This document shows, piece by piece, positions 32,922 to 45,500 of a DNA stretch of 64,000 bases. The first letter of the stretch is position 1. Every line of letters starts with the position of its first letter. Where the stretch lies: the NCBI GenBank assembly GCA_000004985.1, contig GG738846.1; one strand, given 5' to 3'. Made by a program: the position numbers and the translations under genes. Origin of the DNA: Naegleria gruberi. Lineage: Eukaryota. The notes under the pieces were generated by a model, which worked only from the letters and a program-made list of their open reading frames with translations, was not told the origin of the DNA and did no database searches.

Positions 32922-35900
32922 ATGAAGAAAATTATTGCCAATGGAAATGAAAGAAAATTATTGTTGATACATCAAAAATTTGCATCATCAACACTCCGAA
33001 ATTATTCAAAATCATCATCATCACCATCAGCTATTTTTGAAAAACCAATACAATTATTTAATATTGATAAAAGTAATACTCAACTTGCACATTTATTAAT
33101 TAATGATAAGAATAATTTTGGATATAGTATTAATGTTAAATTAGATAAGAGTCCTATTAATTTTCTAACTTATCATCATTTCAATAATTTAATTGTTGAG
33201 AAATTAAATTCATGTTTTAATTATTCACCTTATATTTATCCGAGTATATTTTCTATTGATACTCATCAAGAGGTACAAACATTTCAATTCACAACAAATA
33301 ATCAAAGACAATACAAACAATTAATAGATATATTTAATAATCAATTATTCTTTCCTAATTGGAATTCTAGATATATTGAGGAATTAGTTCTAAATTCATT
33401 AGAAGGTTTGAATGTGTTGAATCATACAGATGGACAAGCAAGATTTTCTAAATCTCTCATCAGTCATCTCTATGACAACACAATACCAAGCTATGAGGAA
33501 TGTGTGAATATTTTGAAAAATACCAATTCGTACAATTTGAGACAAGATTTCGAGTCAAAATATAATCCTAGTAATTCTCTCTTTATTTCTTATGGAGATA
33601 GTGCAGAGATGGTTGTAAAATCTTTGGAAAGTCTTCCAAAACAAACTAATAGTAGCAGTAGAAATGAATTAATTGTGGAGTCATTGAAAGATACCAGTAC
33701 ATTTGAATTTGTAGAACATGTTCCATTCGAGAATAATCTCCCAGAGAATGCCCAATCAAGAATTGCAATTGCATACAAGCTTGATTGTGATATTACAGTA
33801 AGTATCATTGAAAAACTACTACTAGTTTTCACACAACACCAATTAATTATAGAACCAACATGACTATATTCTCTTATCTATTCTGGCAAGATGTCTCCAA
33901 GATACTTATCCATTCGAGTTGGGTAACTTCTCATTGTCTCCACTCCAAATCAGTGGTATTAATGCTTCACACAATCAATGCTCGTTCATAATTGGTGTTG
34001 AAGGTGTTACTAATAATGATTTACCAATTGTAAAGAACAAGTTATTGAGAATGATGGAGAATATCAATACTAGATCTGCATCTCACTACTTGAATCAAAT
34101 TGAAATGGAATATTCTACACTCTTCAATTCAACATTGCGTATTCATGAAATTTTACTTCACTCTTGGGTTTCTGAGCAGAATATTGGTGATTCCCTCTCC
34201 ACTGGTAGTTCAAACTCTCTCATTCAATTGGCGAATATTAGAAAGGAAATTGATGAATGTGGTGGAATTGAAAGGATACTTTCTCAACTTGTTCAAAAGT
34301 ATTTTTCCACTAATAAGAATTATGTACTTCTCACTCAGACAGGAAACAAGAATGTTCATCTCCCTACCATGTCCAAGATTAGTGTGAATCAAAACTTGAG
34401 TTTTGCCTCTAATATTAATGAGAGCTATGATATTGATACTGATAGCTGTATTTCTGAATCATTTATTAGTAATTCTGTAGAGTCATACTTGAATGGTAGA
34501 TTTTTATTCAATATTCAGGAATCGAATGGAGATCTTATTGATATTTCTCTTGTAAAGTATGACAATGTTTTCGTTACAAAGGATGAAAATAGACTCCACG
34601 ACATTATTTATTATTCATCAATAGCAAAACTCATAACTCAACTTGGAGCTCGTGATGCGTCTAGAGAAGAAATGGATGAATTCAAAGAAAAGTACTTCCC
34701 AAGAGGAATACAAACTAGTGTCAAGATTTTACACGACAAATTTGATCCAAATTCTGTAAAGTGTGGTATTGTGCTGAGAACGCAGGTTATTAGAAAGAAT
34801 TTATACAAGGCACTGGATGTAATGGACGCCATGTTATCTGACTCTGAATTGAAAGATATGCCACCTCATTTATTAAATGATGAGCTTATAAAGCATATCA
34901 TTGATGAGGTAAATCAAGAGATATCAGATCAAATTGATATTATTGGGTTGGCTAGATTTTCCTCAGAATCCAAAACTTCTCCAATATCGGTAAGTAGTAT
35001 TTATATTATATCTATTGCTAAAACAATTAAAGAAATTAGAGGATGTTGCTGGTGGAACAACCCATTTAGCATTTTTGGAAGAAGCCAAATTAAAATCCCT
35101 TAAATCATTTAAGAATTATATTTCTCAATTCTATAGACAATTGACAACACGTTTTGGATATAAATTAATGCTTACTGCAAGTTCGAAACATAGGGACATG
35201 GTTTGTCAAGTTGCAAAAGATTTTATGGAATCCAATTCAGACATGTTACAGGAAGAAATACCAGAAAATAACAAATTTGGAAAGGTAATAGAAGCCTCCA
35301 AAGAAAAGAACAGATACATTACCATTCCACCAAATACTATTTTAGAAGGTTCAAGAATAATATGTAGAGGTGGTAAAAGCGTTCCACTAACTGATGACAA
35401 AGCACCTCATTTCTTCCTACTCGCGCAAATATTTAATGAAAAGCTTTTCAAGAATTCAGAGAGTGATTGCCGAGCTCATCAGTCAATTAATGGTTCATTC
35501 TCAATTATTGGAATTACTCGTGAGGACATCAAAATGTTCCTTTATGATCTTGATGAGCAAGTGAGATCATTTGTTGATTTTGCCATTGATGAGATTTCCA
35601 TTGAAGAATTTAATCGTTTAAAGATGAATGTGATGAGAGAATTGGGAGATTCTGTTACAATACCAGCACACGAGAGAGCTACCAAGCTATTCAATTATGG
35701 AATATCCTATGATGACTATTCAAAGTTCAAATCAACACTCTTAAAGAGTACCATTGAGGAATTAAAATCAGCTGCAAATTCCCAATTTGGTTTCCAACAA
35801 GAACAAGGATTTGTGTTAACTGTGATGGGTACTGAGCTTGATACTCCAGATGAAGTTAAAGTCATGTCAAAGGATAGAAATGGTTCTTGGGAAATTGTTG

Positions 35901-36016
35901 GTAGTTCCAGTACTAAACGAGTTGGGTTGGAAGAATACATGTTGGGCTCTCCAGAAGATGGTGAGGCCAAACAGAAGAGTGAAATAGAAAATCTAGATTC
36001 GAAATGTAGTTTTTAA
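32922..36016 (+). CDS. Hypothetical protein, about 999 aa, 3 exons; possible degenerate pitrilysin/PreP-like (M16) relative lacking the HxxEH zinc motif
   Basis: Exons 32922..33797, 33853..34989, 35033..36016. Introns 33798..33852 (GTAAGT..TTATAG) and 34990..35032 (GTAAGT..TTAAAG), both phase 0. It merges three track ORFs; the second and third open with TTG/read-through. Family assignment is weak. Confidence 0.5.
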
Positions 36017-36027
36017 TTCTTAGAATA

Positions 36028-39000
36028 TTAATTTCCTAGAGTTTGAACTTTTCTTTGTGAAAACATAGCAAGGGATTGGAAGCAAGGAGGCAAATTTTTG
36101 AATTGTTCCAATAAACTTTCTTTTAAAACTCCATAACTATAATTAAGCTCTTTTTGGGATGAAAAAACAGCAAACTCAATTAAGAATCGTACTGCAAATC
36201 CATTCTTATGTACAAGTTCAATTTTTACAGGGTGTACGCTATGTACATTGAGGTTTTTCAATTGGTCAACATTCACATCACTTTCGTGGGTGGCTTTTGG
36301 AATTGAAATTGGAATGATTATCCAAGTTGCAGAGGATGCAGTTGGTGAAACAGGCTCACCATTCACATAGACTTCACAAAACTCATTTTCAAATGTGAAA
36401 ATTTCCATTCTGTAAGTTGTTCCCTCACCTACACAGAACCATCTTTGCTTAAAATTGAACATTGAGACTCCTATATCATCCTTTATGTAAATCTCCAAGT
36501 ATTGAGATGAAGAATTTACTTGAGAAGAAACAACCTCATAAAACTTGTCCAATGTTTCGAGTCTAGAGCAAACATAACTATCTAGTGATAGAAGAGGTTG
36601 AACAGATCTTTCCTTTGTTTCGAAAAGTTCCTCATCAGTTACATTATTACTGGAATTATTTAGAATTTTACCTAGGTTCCCAGTCAATGCTAATCCAGAG
36701 GACCACCGAATTCTGTCTGAAACACTTTGAATAATAGTGTCGACCTTATCGTTTACAGACTTTTTTGGAGACAAGGTTGCATTTTCAGCTAATAAAGATT
36801 TGATACTGGATTTTAAATGATAGGCAACAAAATCCGTAACAAATGCTTCATAATCTTTGATGATTTTTGGAATTGTGGAAGAATCATCGAGATCCTGTTG
36901 TTCATCCCTTTTGTTTTCGTCCAGACTGATGTCTCTCATAAAAGGAGATCTATTTTGAGCGCTCTTAAATGCTTGTTTTGGATTAAAATAAATTGGGCTA
37001 ACCTCTGGTTGTTCAATTGTATCATCAAGTGAGCTATTATTTCTCTTTTCCTCTTTTTGTGGAGTTTTTACTGTTGCCTTATCGTCACTCCATGAGACTT
37101 TTGGCGTATTGCTTTTAGGAGTAGGAGAGTTTGTTTTCTTTGGCGTACCAATAAGTCTAGAGTTATTGCTTCTTGGAGAAGGAGTCATGTTAGTGAGAGA
37201 AGACGATGATCCTCTTTTTGGAAGTCCTTGATATTCTTTTTCAAAGAGTGAAGAGGTAAATCTGGAAGAAAACTGAATTCCATAAATACTGGAATCATCA
37301 AATAAAATACCAGGTTTGAAAATATGGAACAAATCTTTCTCTTCTACGACAGGAAGAATCATTGATGTCAATTGAATGTCGAACACTTTTTTACTCTCAA
37401 AATCTTCCAATGAGAGCTTGTTTTTGAAAGAAAGTGCCAAATTTCCAGTTGCAATATATTTCCAAGAGGTTTCTTCTTCAGTCTTTGAGGCTACGTACAG
37501 AACAACATCTTTAGATGCACATTTGACATCTTTATGTTCTTGCTCTTCTGCTATTCTCTTAATAGAAATGTCTAATGAATCTCTTTCTTTTTGTTTTTGC
37601 TTAGCAAAAGAGTAGTCTGTATACTGAAGCTTAGATCTTTGAGGATTTCTACCCAAATAAGCTTGTTTCATCTGTTGAACTAATTGCTTTTTCATTGGGG
37701 ATTCTACGTTTGTTAGTAATCTGTTTCCTAGGCGTGTTGCAAAGAATTTTCTTCCCTCAGATAAGGACATGTGTTCGAGCAAGCCTTCTATCTTCTGTCT
37801 GGCAGTTTTGTAGATGTCACTCAGTGAAGTGTCACTAAACTTAGCCAATGCAATTCTTCCCAGGCAGTCCAAAAATTCCACAAAGTTCATTAATCTACCT
37901 TCTTTGGAGACATGATCAGCTGGCTCACTAAAACTTTGGTTAATTTTACAGCAAGAGTCAAACATTTTAGCTAATTGTATCTTGGAGAACCATTTTGGAA
38001 ATATTTCAAAATCTGTACAGAACATGAAGAATTCGTCAACATTGAGAGTACTTAAACCCTTATTATAACTCACCCATTGCATTGTATCCTTGTGAGTTCT
38101 CTTTTTTTGAGTATAAAAAGTGAAGATCTTGTATATTACATCTTGATGTGTTGCCCAAAGACTGGCAACAGAGGGATCTGTCAATTCTGAAGGGGTTGGA
38201 TCGCTTGAGGTTTTTCCTGAATTTGGAAGAACCAATTCGAACAATAACTTTCTGAATAAAACTTTTACGTCTTCATCAAATTTGGACATGTCAGCTATTG
38301 TGTAGACTGGTAGTTTAGTATACTTTTTAACTGACATGAAGGCTAAGCCATTCAAAAAATCATCAAAATTCATTTTGAACGTTGGAGAGAATTTTGTTGC
38401 CTCCTCAAAGACAAGGAAAACGTCGTTAGAATGGAAAGTTTTGTCTGTAATTTTGCAGTCCTTTGCGAACTTGGCAAATTGATTACTTGTCATTTCATTA
38501 ACATCTGAGAAGGTGTGAATAATATTTGTGCAGTAGTAATTGTAAATTTCCAACAAATCCTGTTCATAACAGTAGATCAACTCAAAGTAGGATGGTCTGA
38601 TTGGATTTTCTCCTTTCCAACTCTCTTGAATGTTTGAATTGATTGAGAAATTTTGGGAAGATCCAAGTTTTCTGGAAAATTGCCTGAGGTCCAATACTGA
38701 ATTGTTGCTGTTGTTTTGATTGACGATCTTATCTTCAATTTTAAACACTGAATTTGTACAGGCAGCCAAGTAAATGGATCTGGATGCACAAAGTATTTTT
38801 CTTATTGGCTCAGATGTTTCTCCCAATATTTGAGAAGATTCTTTTGTTTCGTGATTATATTTGTAAACAGTGTTGTGTGTGGCCAGTATCATTTCCCCAT
38901 CAGAATTCATAGCTGCACCGTATAGTTTCTCAGCACTCTCTACAACTGTCCTCACAACACTATAATTTGCAAAGACCTGCCTAATTCTAGAATTTCCAAA

Positions 39001-39782
39001 GTCATTAATGTACAATGTATTTTCATGAGAAAATAAATCGGTAGGGGAATTAAGAATTGAGTTTTGAACTTTTCCATCCATAAATCCTGCTGTTCTTGGG
39101 TTTCCTGCTGCATTGGTCACGAAACCATTATTGATCCTAACAACTCTGTGATTTCCAGTATCCGAAACAAAGACATTATCCCCAATGACACAAATACCAG
39201 TTGGAGTGTCAAACATTACATCAGTTACTCTTCCAGTACTGCACCCTCTGTTTCCATTTCCCGCAAAATTTGTAATTCTTCTTCCATCCAAAGAAATCAT
39301 TTTGATTTTATGCTGTTGGGAATCACAAACAAGAAGAAAATTCTTATAAATTGCCATTCCTTTTGGATTTTGCAGTTGCGCTGAAAAGAAGGTTGTTACT
39401 ACTTTGTCTTTCATATTTACCAATCTAATTTGATGCTGTTCTGAGAGGAGGAATGAAGAATCGCCATGAGTTGTGTCATCTTTTGGAAGCATTACTATTC
39501 CTTGAATATCACTAAACCTCGCATCAGAAAGATCTCCATTCCTTAATCCAGCAAAGGATGGTTTTCCGCAAATGCACAAAGAGGCTGTCCCATCAATGTC
39601 TTTTGAATTGTTGTTCTTTAAAACTTACTGTTTGTTTCTATACCAGCAATTGTTTTTGATTCTACTGAATTTTCTACAGGGCTATCATTGTCAGAGGAGT
39701 AGGAGGCATCCCTCAACACCTTAACATTTGGCGATGAGGGAATGACAAAGTGGGAGGGGCTGCTATCCTCAATAAAGCTCAT
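36028..39782 (-). CDS. NHL-repeat (six-bladed beta-propeller) containing protein, about 1230 aa, 2 exons
   Basis: Exon 1 is 39782..39629 (AAAAAAAATG; MSFIEDSSPSHF...). Intron starts with GTAAGT at 39628; the acceptor is either 39600 (29-nt intron) or 39585 (44-nt intron, more plausible), both in frame. Exon 2 runs to 36028. N-terminal NHL repeats (e.g. FDTPTGICVIGDNVFVSDTGNHRVVRI) are followed by a large uncharacterised C-terminal region. Confidence 0.6.
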
Positions 39783-40089
39783 TTTTTTTGAAAGAAAATT
39801 TAAAATGTAACGTTCTATTGTTACAGCATTTTGGCGGTTGAGTAGAAAATTGTTTGATTTTCAATTCAGTGTCAATTTTGATGTATTACAGGAACAATAC
39901 TCTGAATACTTAAGAAATCTTGTCATAATCTCATTATCCGTGTATATTTTAAATAATAAATAATAATAACACTCTGAATACTGAAGATATCTTCTCATTA
40001 TCATAATAAAGTATCCATGTTTCCTCTTCATGTATTTAGAAGATATCGAAGACATACGTGTTTTGTTAATAATAAATCAGATTCAAAAA

Positions 40090-40464
40090 ATGACTGAACA
40101 AACATCAACAACGTCATCGGAGATATCCTCAGAACAAAAACCAACCAATAATGAAACCAATAATGAGCAAGTTGTTAAATTGTCAACAACAGAATCTATT
40201 CCTACCAATACTGATCCATTGGCAAACATGCCAGAATTTTTAAAGAGGGGAACTATCGGAATGATTCTAACACCTGGTTCCTCTTTGTCTCCAAAGTTTA
40301 TTAGGATTTTATTTGTTTCCTTTATTGCATTGATTGCTTGTTTGGCCTTCATGTACTACGTTCCCGGAATTGAAAAATATCACTCTATTGTCATGTTTAT
40401 TATCACTGTTGCCCTGTCAGCGACTTTATTCATGTATGTTGTTTTAAAACTATGTACTAAATAA
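40090..40464 (+). CDS. Hypothetical small membrane protein with two C-terminal TM helices, 124 aa
   Basis: ATG 40090 in TTCAAAAAATG context (MTEQTSTTSSE...). Two TM segments (FIRILFVSFIALIACLAFMYYV and IVMFIITVALSATLFMYVVL). The track start at 40030 is upstream and non-canonical. Confidence 0.45.
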   Translation: MTEQTSTTSSEISSEQKPTNNETNNEQVVKLSTTESIPTNTDPLANMPEFLKRGTIGMILTPGSSLSPKFIRILFVSFIALIACLAFMYYVPGIEKYHSIVMFIITVALSATLFMYVVLKLCTK

Positions 40465-41024
40465 CCCGACAAGTGTCATTCCAACACTGAGACAAATGAA
40501 AGAGGAGGATAAGCAAGAGCTTAGAAAAAAATTAATTCTGAGGAAGAAGAGAAAAATTTTGGAAGAAAGAGAAAGAAAACAAAAAGAACTAGAAGAAAAA
40601 CAAGCTGAAGAGACAAAACAGAATGAAAATATTGAGGAAAGTGAAAATTCATCTGGAAAGGAAAAAACTGAATAAATTAATATCAATTTAATTAATTGAA
40701 GGTGCTTAGGTTGATTATTTACAAAATTAGAAATAATGTGAAGCTATGCCATTAATCTAAAATATACGTTGTTATTTCCTAATTTCAATAATTTCAAGGA
40801 AATGCTTTTTAAAACTCTTTTGACCTTTTGAGGTGATGACTTTGTAAGATAAATCCATTCTTTCCAAAGGGTAATCAGGTCTAATATTTCCTTAGAATTG
40901 GAGATTTACTTCCTTCCTCCTCCTCATCCTCCTCTTTTAACTCTTCAGTGAGAAAGGTTGATAATTGCATTTGAAAACTCGTATTTGGCTTTGTTATTTA
41001 ATATGATACAAGAGAGAAATTAGT

Positions 41025-42315
41025 TTAACTTACTTGTGAATAAGTGTGGAGTTCTTTTACATGGGTAAATGCCTTTGAGAAATCTAGGTTGAGTTCTTTC
41101 ATAACATATCCAATTACTATTGATACACTCCTTGATTGACCAGCTAGACAATGAACAAGAATAGGCACATTCTTTTCCTTTCTTGCCCTATCAATAAAAG
41201 GAAAACATTGGTCAAATATTGAGACTATATCTTGTTTGTTGTCATCTGTTACTTGTAAATTGAGAATCTCATCAAAGAACTCAGAATATTGCTTTCCTCT
41301 AAATCCACTTTCCTCTGCAACATCAAAACATGACACATTGAGTACATATTTAACTTTGAGTACATCCACTAATAATCTTACGTTTTTGGCCGCTTGCATA
41401 GATCCTAAATAAAGATTGGGCATAATTTCTGTGGGCTATATAGAAACATTTTGGAATAATTATAGTTTCAAAATTGAAGAAACCTACAATAGTGTTCTTA
41501 ATATCGCATAATATGGTGTGATTGATTGTTACAAATTTGCTAGCACTAGATTTGGATTTACATTCTGTGTGATATTCTGCATCGCTCAGGGCATCATCTG
41601 CCTCGTACATGAATTCATGTGGAAGAGAGGAAATGTAGTTGAATCTAATGTCGAAAATAGTTCCTCTTTTTTGGAGAAGCATGATGAGTTCAATAGATGG
41701 GAATTCTGTAAGGAAATTCCATGATAAATTAATCTTTTTCAAAGTTTTTGGAAACACCTGTTCTAATATATTGACCTTCTCCGGTTGTTGAAGAAAGTCG
41801 AAATGAATTATTTTGGTAATTTTGTTGTTGGAAAAATCAATTTCTTTGATAACTGGCAAGTTTTTGAAATAGAATAATAAATCTACACTCTCCAAGCAAC
41901 CATTTGAGAAATCAAGAATACGTAATTTTGACAAAGATGATTTCACAAATGGCTCGGAAAAAGGATCTAGTTTGATTGATTCACAGAACAACACATGAAG
42001 TTCCTGGATTGACTTGCCAGAATATGACTTTTCAATATTTTGAATATCATCAATACTATTTTCCTTTGTATTTTCCTTTATAGTCTCCATGTTTTCACTA
42101 TCATTTTCATCTTCTGCAAAATAATCTAGACTAGAAAGTGGAATAGCAGAAACCGGTCCAAACTTTCCTTCGCCTTCAACATCATCATCACTTGGATAGG
42201 GATCTTGTCCGAGACTACTTGTTGAAATATTCAACACAAATTGCTTGTTCTTGTTTCCCCTCTTTTTCTTTTCTGTCTTGTTGGGTGGGGAGTTGGGAAT
42301 ATCCTTTCTTTTCAT
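41025..42315 (-). CDS. Leucine-rich-repeat plus dual-specificity phosphatase, MPL-type (MAP kinase phosphatase with LRRs), 2 exons
   Basis: Exon 1 is 42315..41488 (AAAAATG; LRR units ...LRILDFSNGCL..IDFSNNKITKI..INLSWNFLTEF...). Intron 41487..41436 (GTAGGT..TATATAG, 52 nt), phase 0. Exon 2 is 41435..41025 and encodes the DUSP catalytic domain with VHCLAGQSRS. The spliced junction reads ...CDIKNTI-PTEIMPNLYLGS. Confidence 0.8.
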
Positions 42316-42515
42316 TTTTTGATGATCTTTTCCGTTTAATAATTCTGTGATGAAGAGGAAAATGTAAACCAGATATTAAATTAAATTATTAGTATTTTAA
42401 TATTTAAATATTCCAACCTCAAGTATAAGTAAATTAACTAAAATGATTTGAAGATATTATTTGATGACTTGAATTTCCCGCCAATATTATTTACATTTAT
42501 TCAAGTCTAAAAAAA

Positions 42516-45500
42516 ATGTCATCAACGGATGAAACAATTGAGAAAGAACAACCAATATCCAATAACAATGAAAATACAATTCATCAAACAATCGATGTTG
42601 ATGATTGGAACTATCAACTCATAGAAAGAAAACTAGATAAAATAATTGAGGTGGTAAGTCTTGATGTTAAGTTCCGATATGTTTAACCATCCTATGAAGT
42701 TTTGGAAAATTGCAAAAACAGACACTCCCATCACTGACCCAATATCAAAGAGTGAACTATCAAATTTAGAAAAGAGAATTTCTACATTATTAAATCATAA
42801 TGAACAATATGGTCATATTCTCTCAAACATTTTCAAGAATATCAAGACAAGAGTCTCAAAACATAGCACTTGTTTTCAATTTGACCAATTTTTTGGTTAT
42901 ATGGAGAGAGTAGCATTCCATTTCACTTTGGTTTGGAGGAAGGAGGAATGGTTGAATTTCTTAATGTGTTTGTTGGCTTCCATCACAAAAAAAACATCTA
43001 ATTTCAAAAGCTTGCGAACACAAAGAACAAACAATCTAATCGGAAAGCTGTTTGATGAGAAGAAAATTTATTTTAGAGAAATAGATGACAAGGATCTCGT
43101 TAAATTTCTCAACAACAATGACATTAATGATACACTTTCGGATGACATTTATTGTTTGAATGAAATACCTAGTTTCAATGATTTGACTGGAGAGGAGATT
43201 AAATTAAGAGAACTGGATGAAATCCATCCAATATTGACTTTTACCAGGTTGATGGATCTTGGCAAACACTTTAATGTAAAGGGGGAAACTAAATATCAGA
43301 TTGGATTAAAAATTAAAAAAGTGGACAAACATTTTGAAAATTTGCTTCGCCTCTCATTACCTGAATCTGAACAGTTGCAAAATGTAGAATTACAACAAGG
43401 ATACGACAGCGAGGAAGAAATGATAATAGATGTCAATAAGAGGCCTAAGAGCTTTCTAATTATTGGAGATTCGTGTATGTTCATTCTTTCATGTTATATT
43501 TTAATTTTTAATTTAAACCCTAGTCTCTGGAAAGGGTCATATTGGAAAACAAATTTCAAATCACTACAATAGTGTAAGATTGGACCTTGAGGAGATGGCC
43601 AGAGAAGAATTCAAATCAAAGAGCTCAATGGGATTACAGGTAAGTGAGGTTAAAAATAACATTAACACAATTTTACAATTAATAGATTGAAAAGTATCTC
43701 AAGGAGGAACGAGCCATTCCAAACTCTTTACAAATTGAATTGTTTCAGAAATGGATTTCCTCTGACTATATTATGGATAGAGGCTATATTTTGGAGTGGG
43801 GCACTATTGACTCTGAGATTAGAAGCAGCATTGTACAGGCTCTCCAAGACAACCCTGCTAAATATGTAGTTAGCCTTCAAATGAATCCTGAAGAATCAAA
43901 GAATAGAAAATCGGAAATTATTTCAAAAATTACATCAAGAATTAGTGAGATAGAGTCACTTATTGATCAGGAGGATAATAAAGAAAGGCAAGAGCAAGAG
44001 GAGGAAAGAAGGAAACAAGAATTAAGGGAGGAAAAGAAGAAATTGATGCAAACTCAAAAATTGGAAAAGAAAAAAAAGGAACCATCAGAAGATGATGATG
44101 GAGAGAATGCTGACGAGGAGGAAACAGAAGAAGAACCTGAGGAAGAACCTGAGGAAGACGAGGAGGAAGAAGAACCAGAAGAAGACGAAGACGAAGAAGT
44201 AAGAGAGGAGAAGGAGAAGCAAAAAGCACAAATGAGAGAAAATCAATTTCTTGAAAGGTTAGAATAGTAAGTGTGATTGAATTCTTTCTTTAACTGTTAT
44301 TAGTTTTTACTTGAAAAAGAAAGCTTACCAAGAACAAGCAGATTTGGAACCACTTTCTAACACTATCCAGATAGCCAAAGAGCATTGTAAATTTTTAACA
44401 ATAGATACCTCATCTCAAAGTTTTAGAGATGCCTTCTTAATAGTTTTGCAGAAAATTGGAAGATCTACCCCTAATATTGTTGCAATTAATCCTGTCATTA
44501 TTGAAACCCCAGAAGAGGAACCTGATTATGAAGGGATAATAACAGCTCAAATTGAAAAAGGATATAAATGGAGTCGATGGAAGAAGTATTGTCCTGTTAG
44601 ATTTCATATTGATAGAGCGATTGTGGAAGGAAATATTCCAGCATTGTACAGAGGAAGACTGTATTTACTCTCCACAAAAGAATATCAAAATGAGTTTATC
44701 AACAATCCTAGATATTACCTAAAGAAGTTACCTGAGAAAAAGCAAAGAGTTTTATTTGTTTGGAACGGTGAAATTGGAGAAGAAATAATAAGAGAAGGTA
44801 AGTTTTAATATTTCGCACATCATTCTAACCAAGGATATTAAGTGTCTAAGTTTTACAAATCAGAAATTGTTAGCCTAGATCAATATGCAAAATATGCAGC
44901 CAGCCTCCCTCCTCCACCTATAAAAGAAAAGAAACTCGCTAAAAAGGTTACTATTGAGGGAGATGATGAAGATGAAGCCCCTGAGGAAGAACCTGAGGAG
45001 CAAGAAATTATGGAAGAAAATGTATTACCAGAAACTTCAGAAGATCTTCAAATATCCATCTTTGTTAGTGGAGGTTCTTCATCTTATGAAAATAGCTCAG
45101 TAATGAAATCTATTCTAGATTCTCCTGCCGAATCTCCACTCACCTCTATTGTCATTCTCACAAAGGAAAAATCCGAGCAAGAGGAAGGAGAAGAAGAACA
45201 TGCTACCGAGGAAAGTGCTGCAGTCGATGATGAAGAAGATAACAATGAAAATGAGGAGCAGGGCGAATCTGATCCAAAAGCAATAGATCCACCAGTTGAA
45301 AAGAAGGAAGTGATAGACTTTGTAAAGCTAGTCAAAGAAAAAGAGGAGTATTTACAAGCCAAAAAAATCAAATTTATAGAGGTTTCCTTTACTAACATAT
45401 GGGAAGGTGTATTAAGCGTGAGAAAACAAGTTGATCCTTTTCTAGTTGAGGCTGCAGCAGCTTCTATTGAACTACCAAAGGAAGACACAGATCCTTTCGA

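Noticed and set aside
43475-43572. ORF 42661..43572 C-terminus (CMFILSCYILIFNLNPSLWKGSYWKTNFKSLQ*) as the real end of a gene
   Set aside because: It starts at a GTATGT donor and ends at a TAG acceptor; splicing instead yields the P-loop SGKGHIGKQ in phase.
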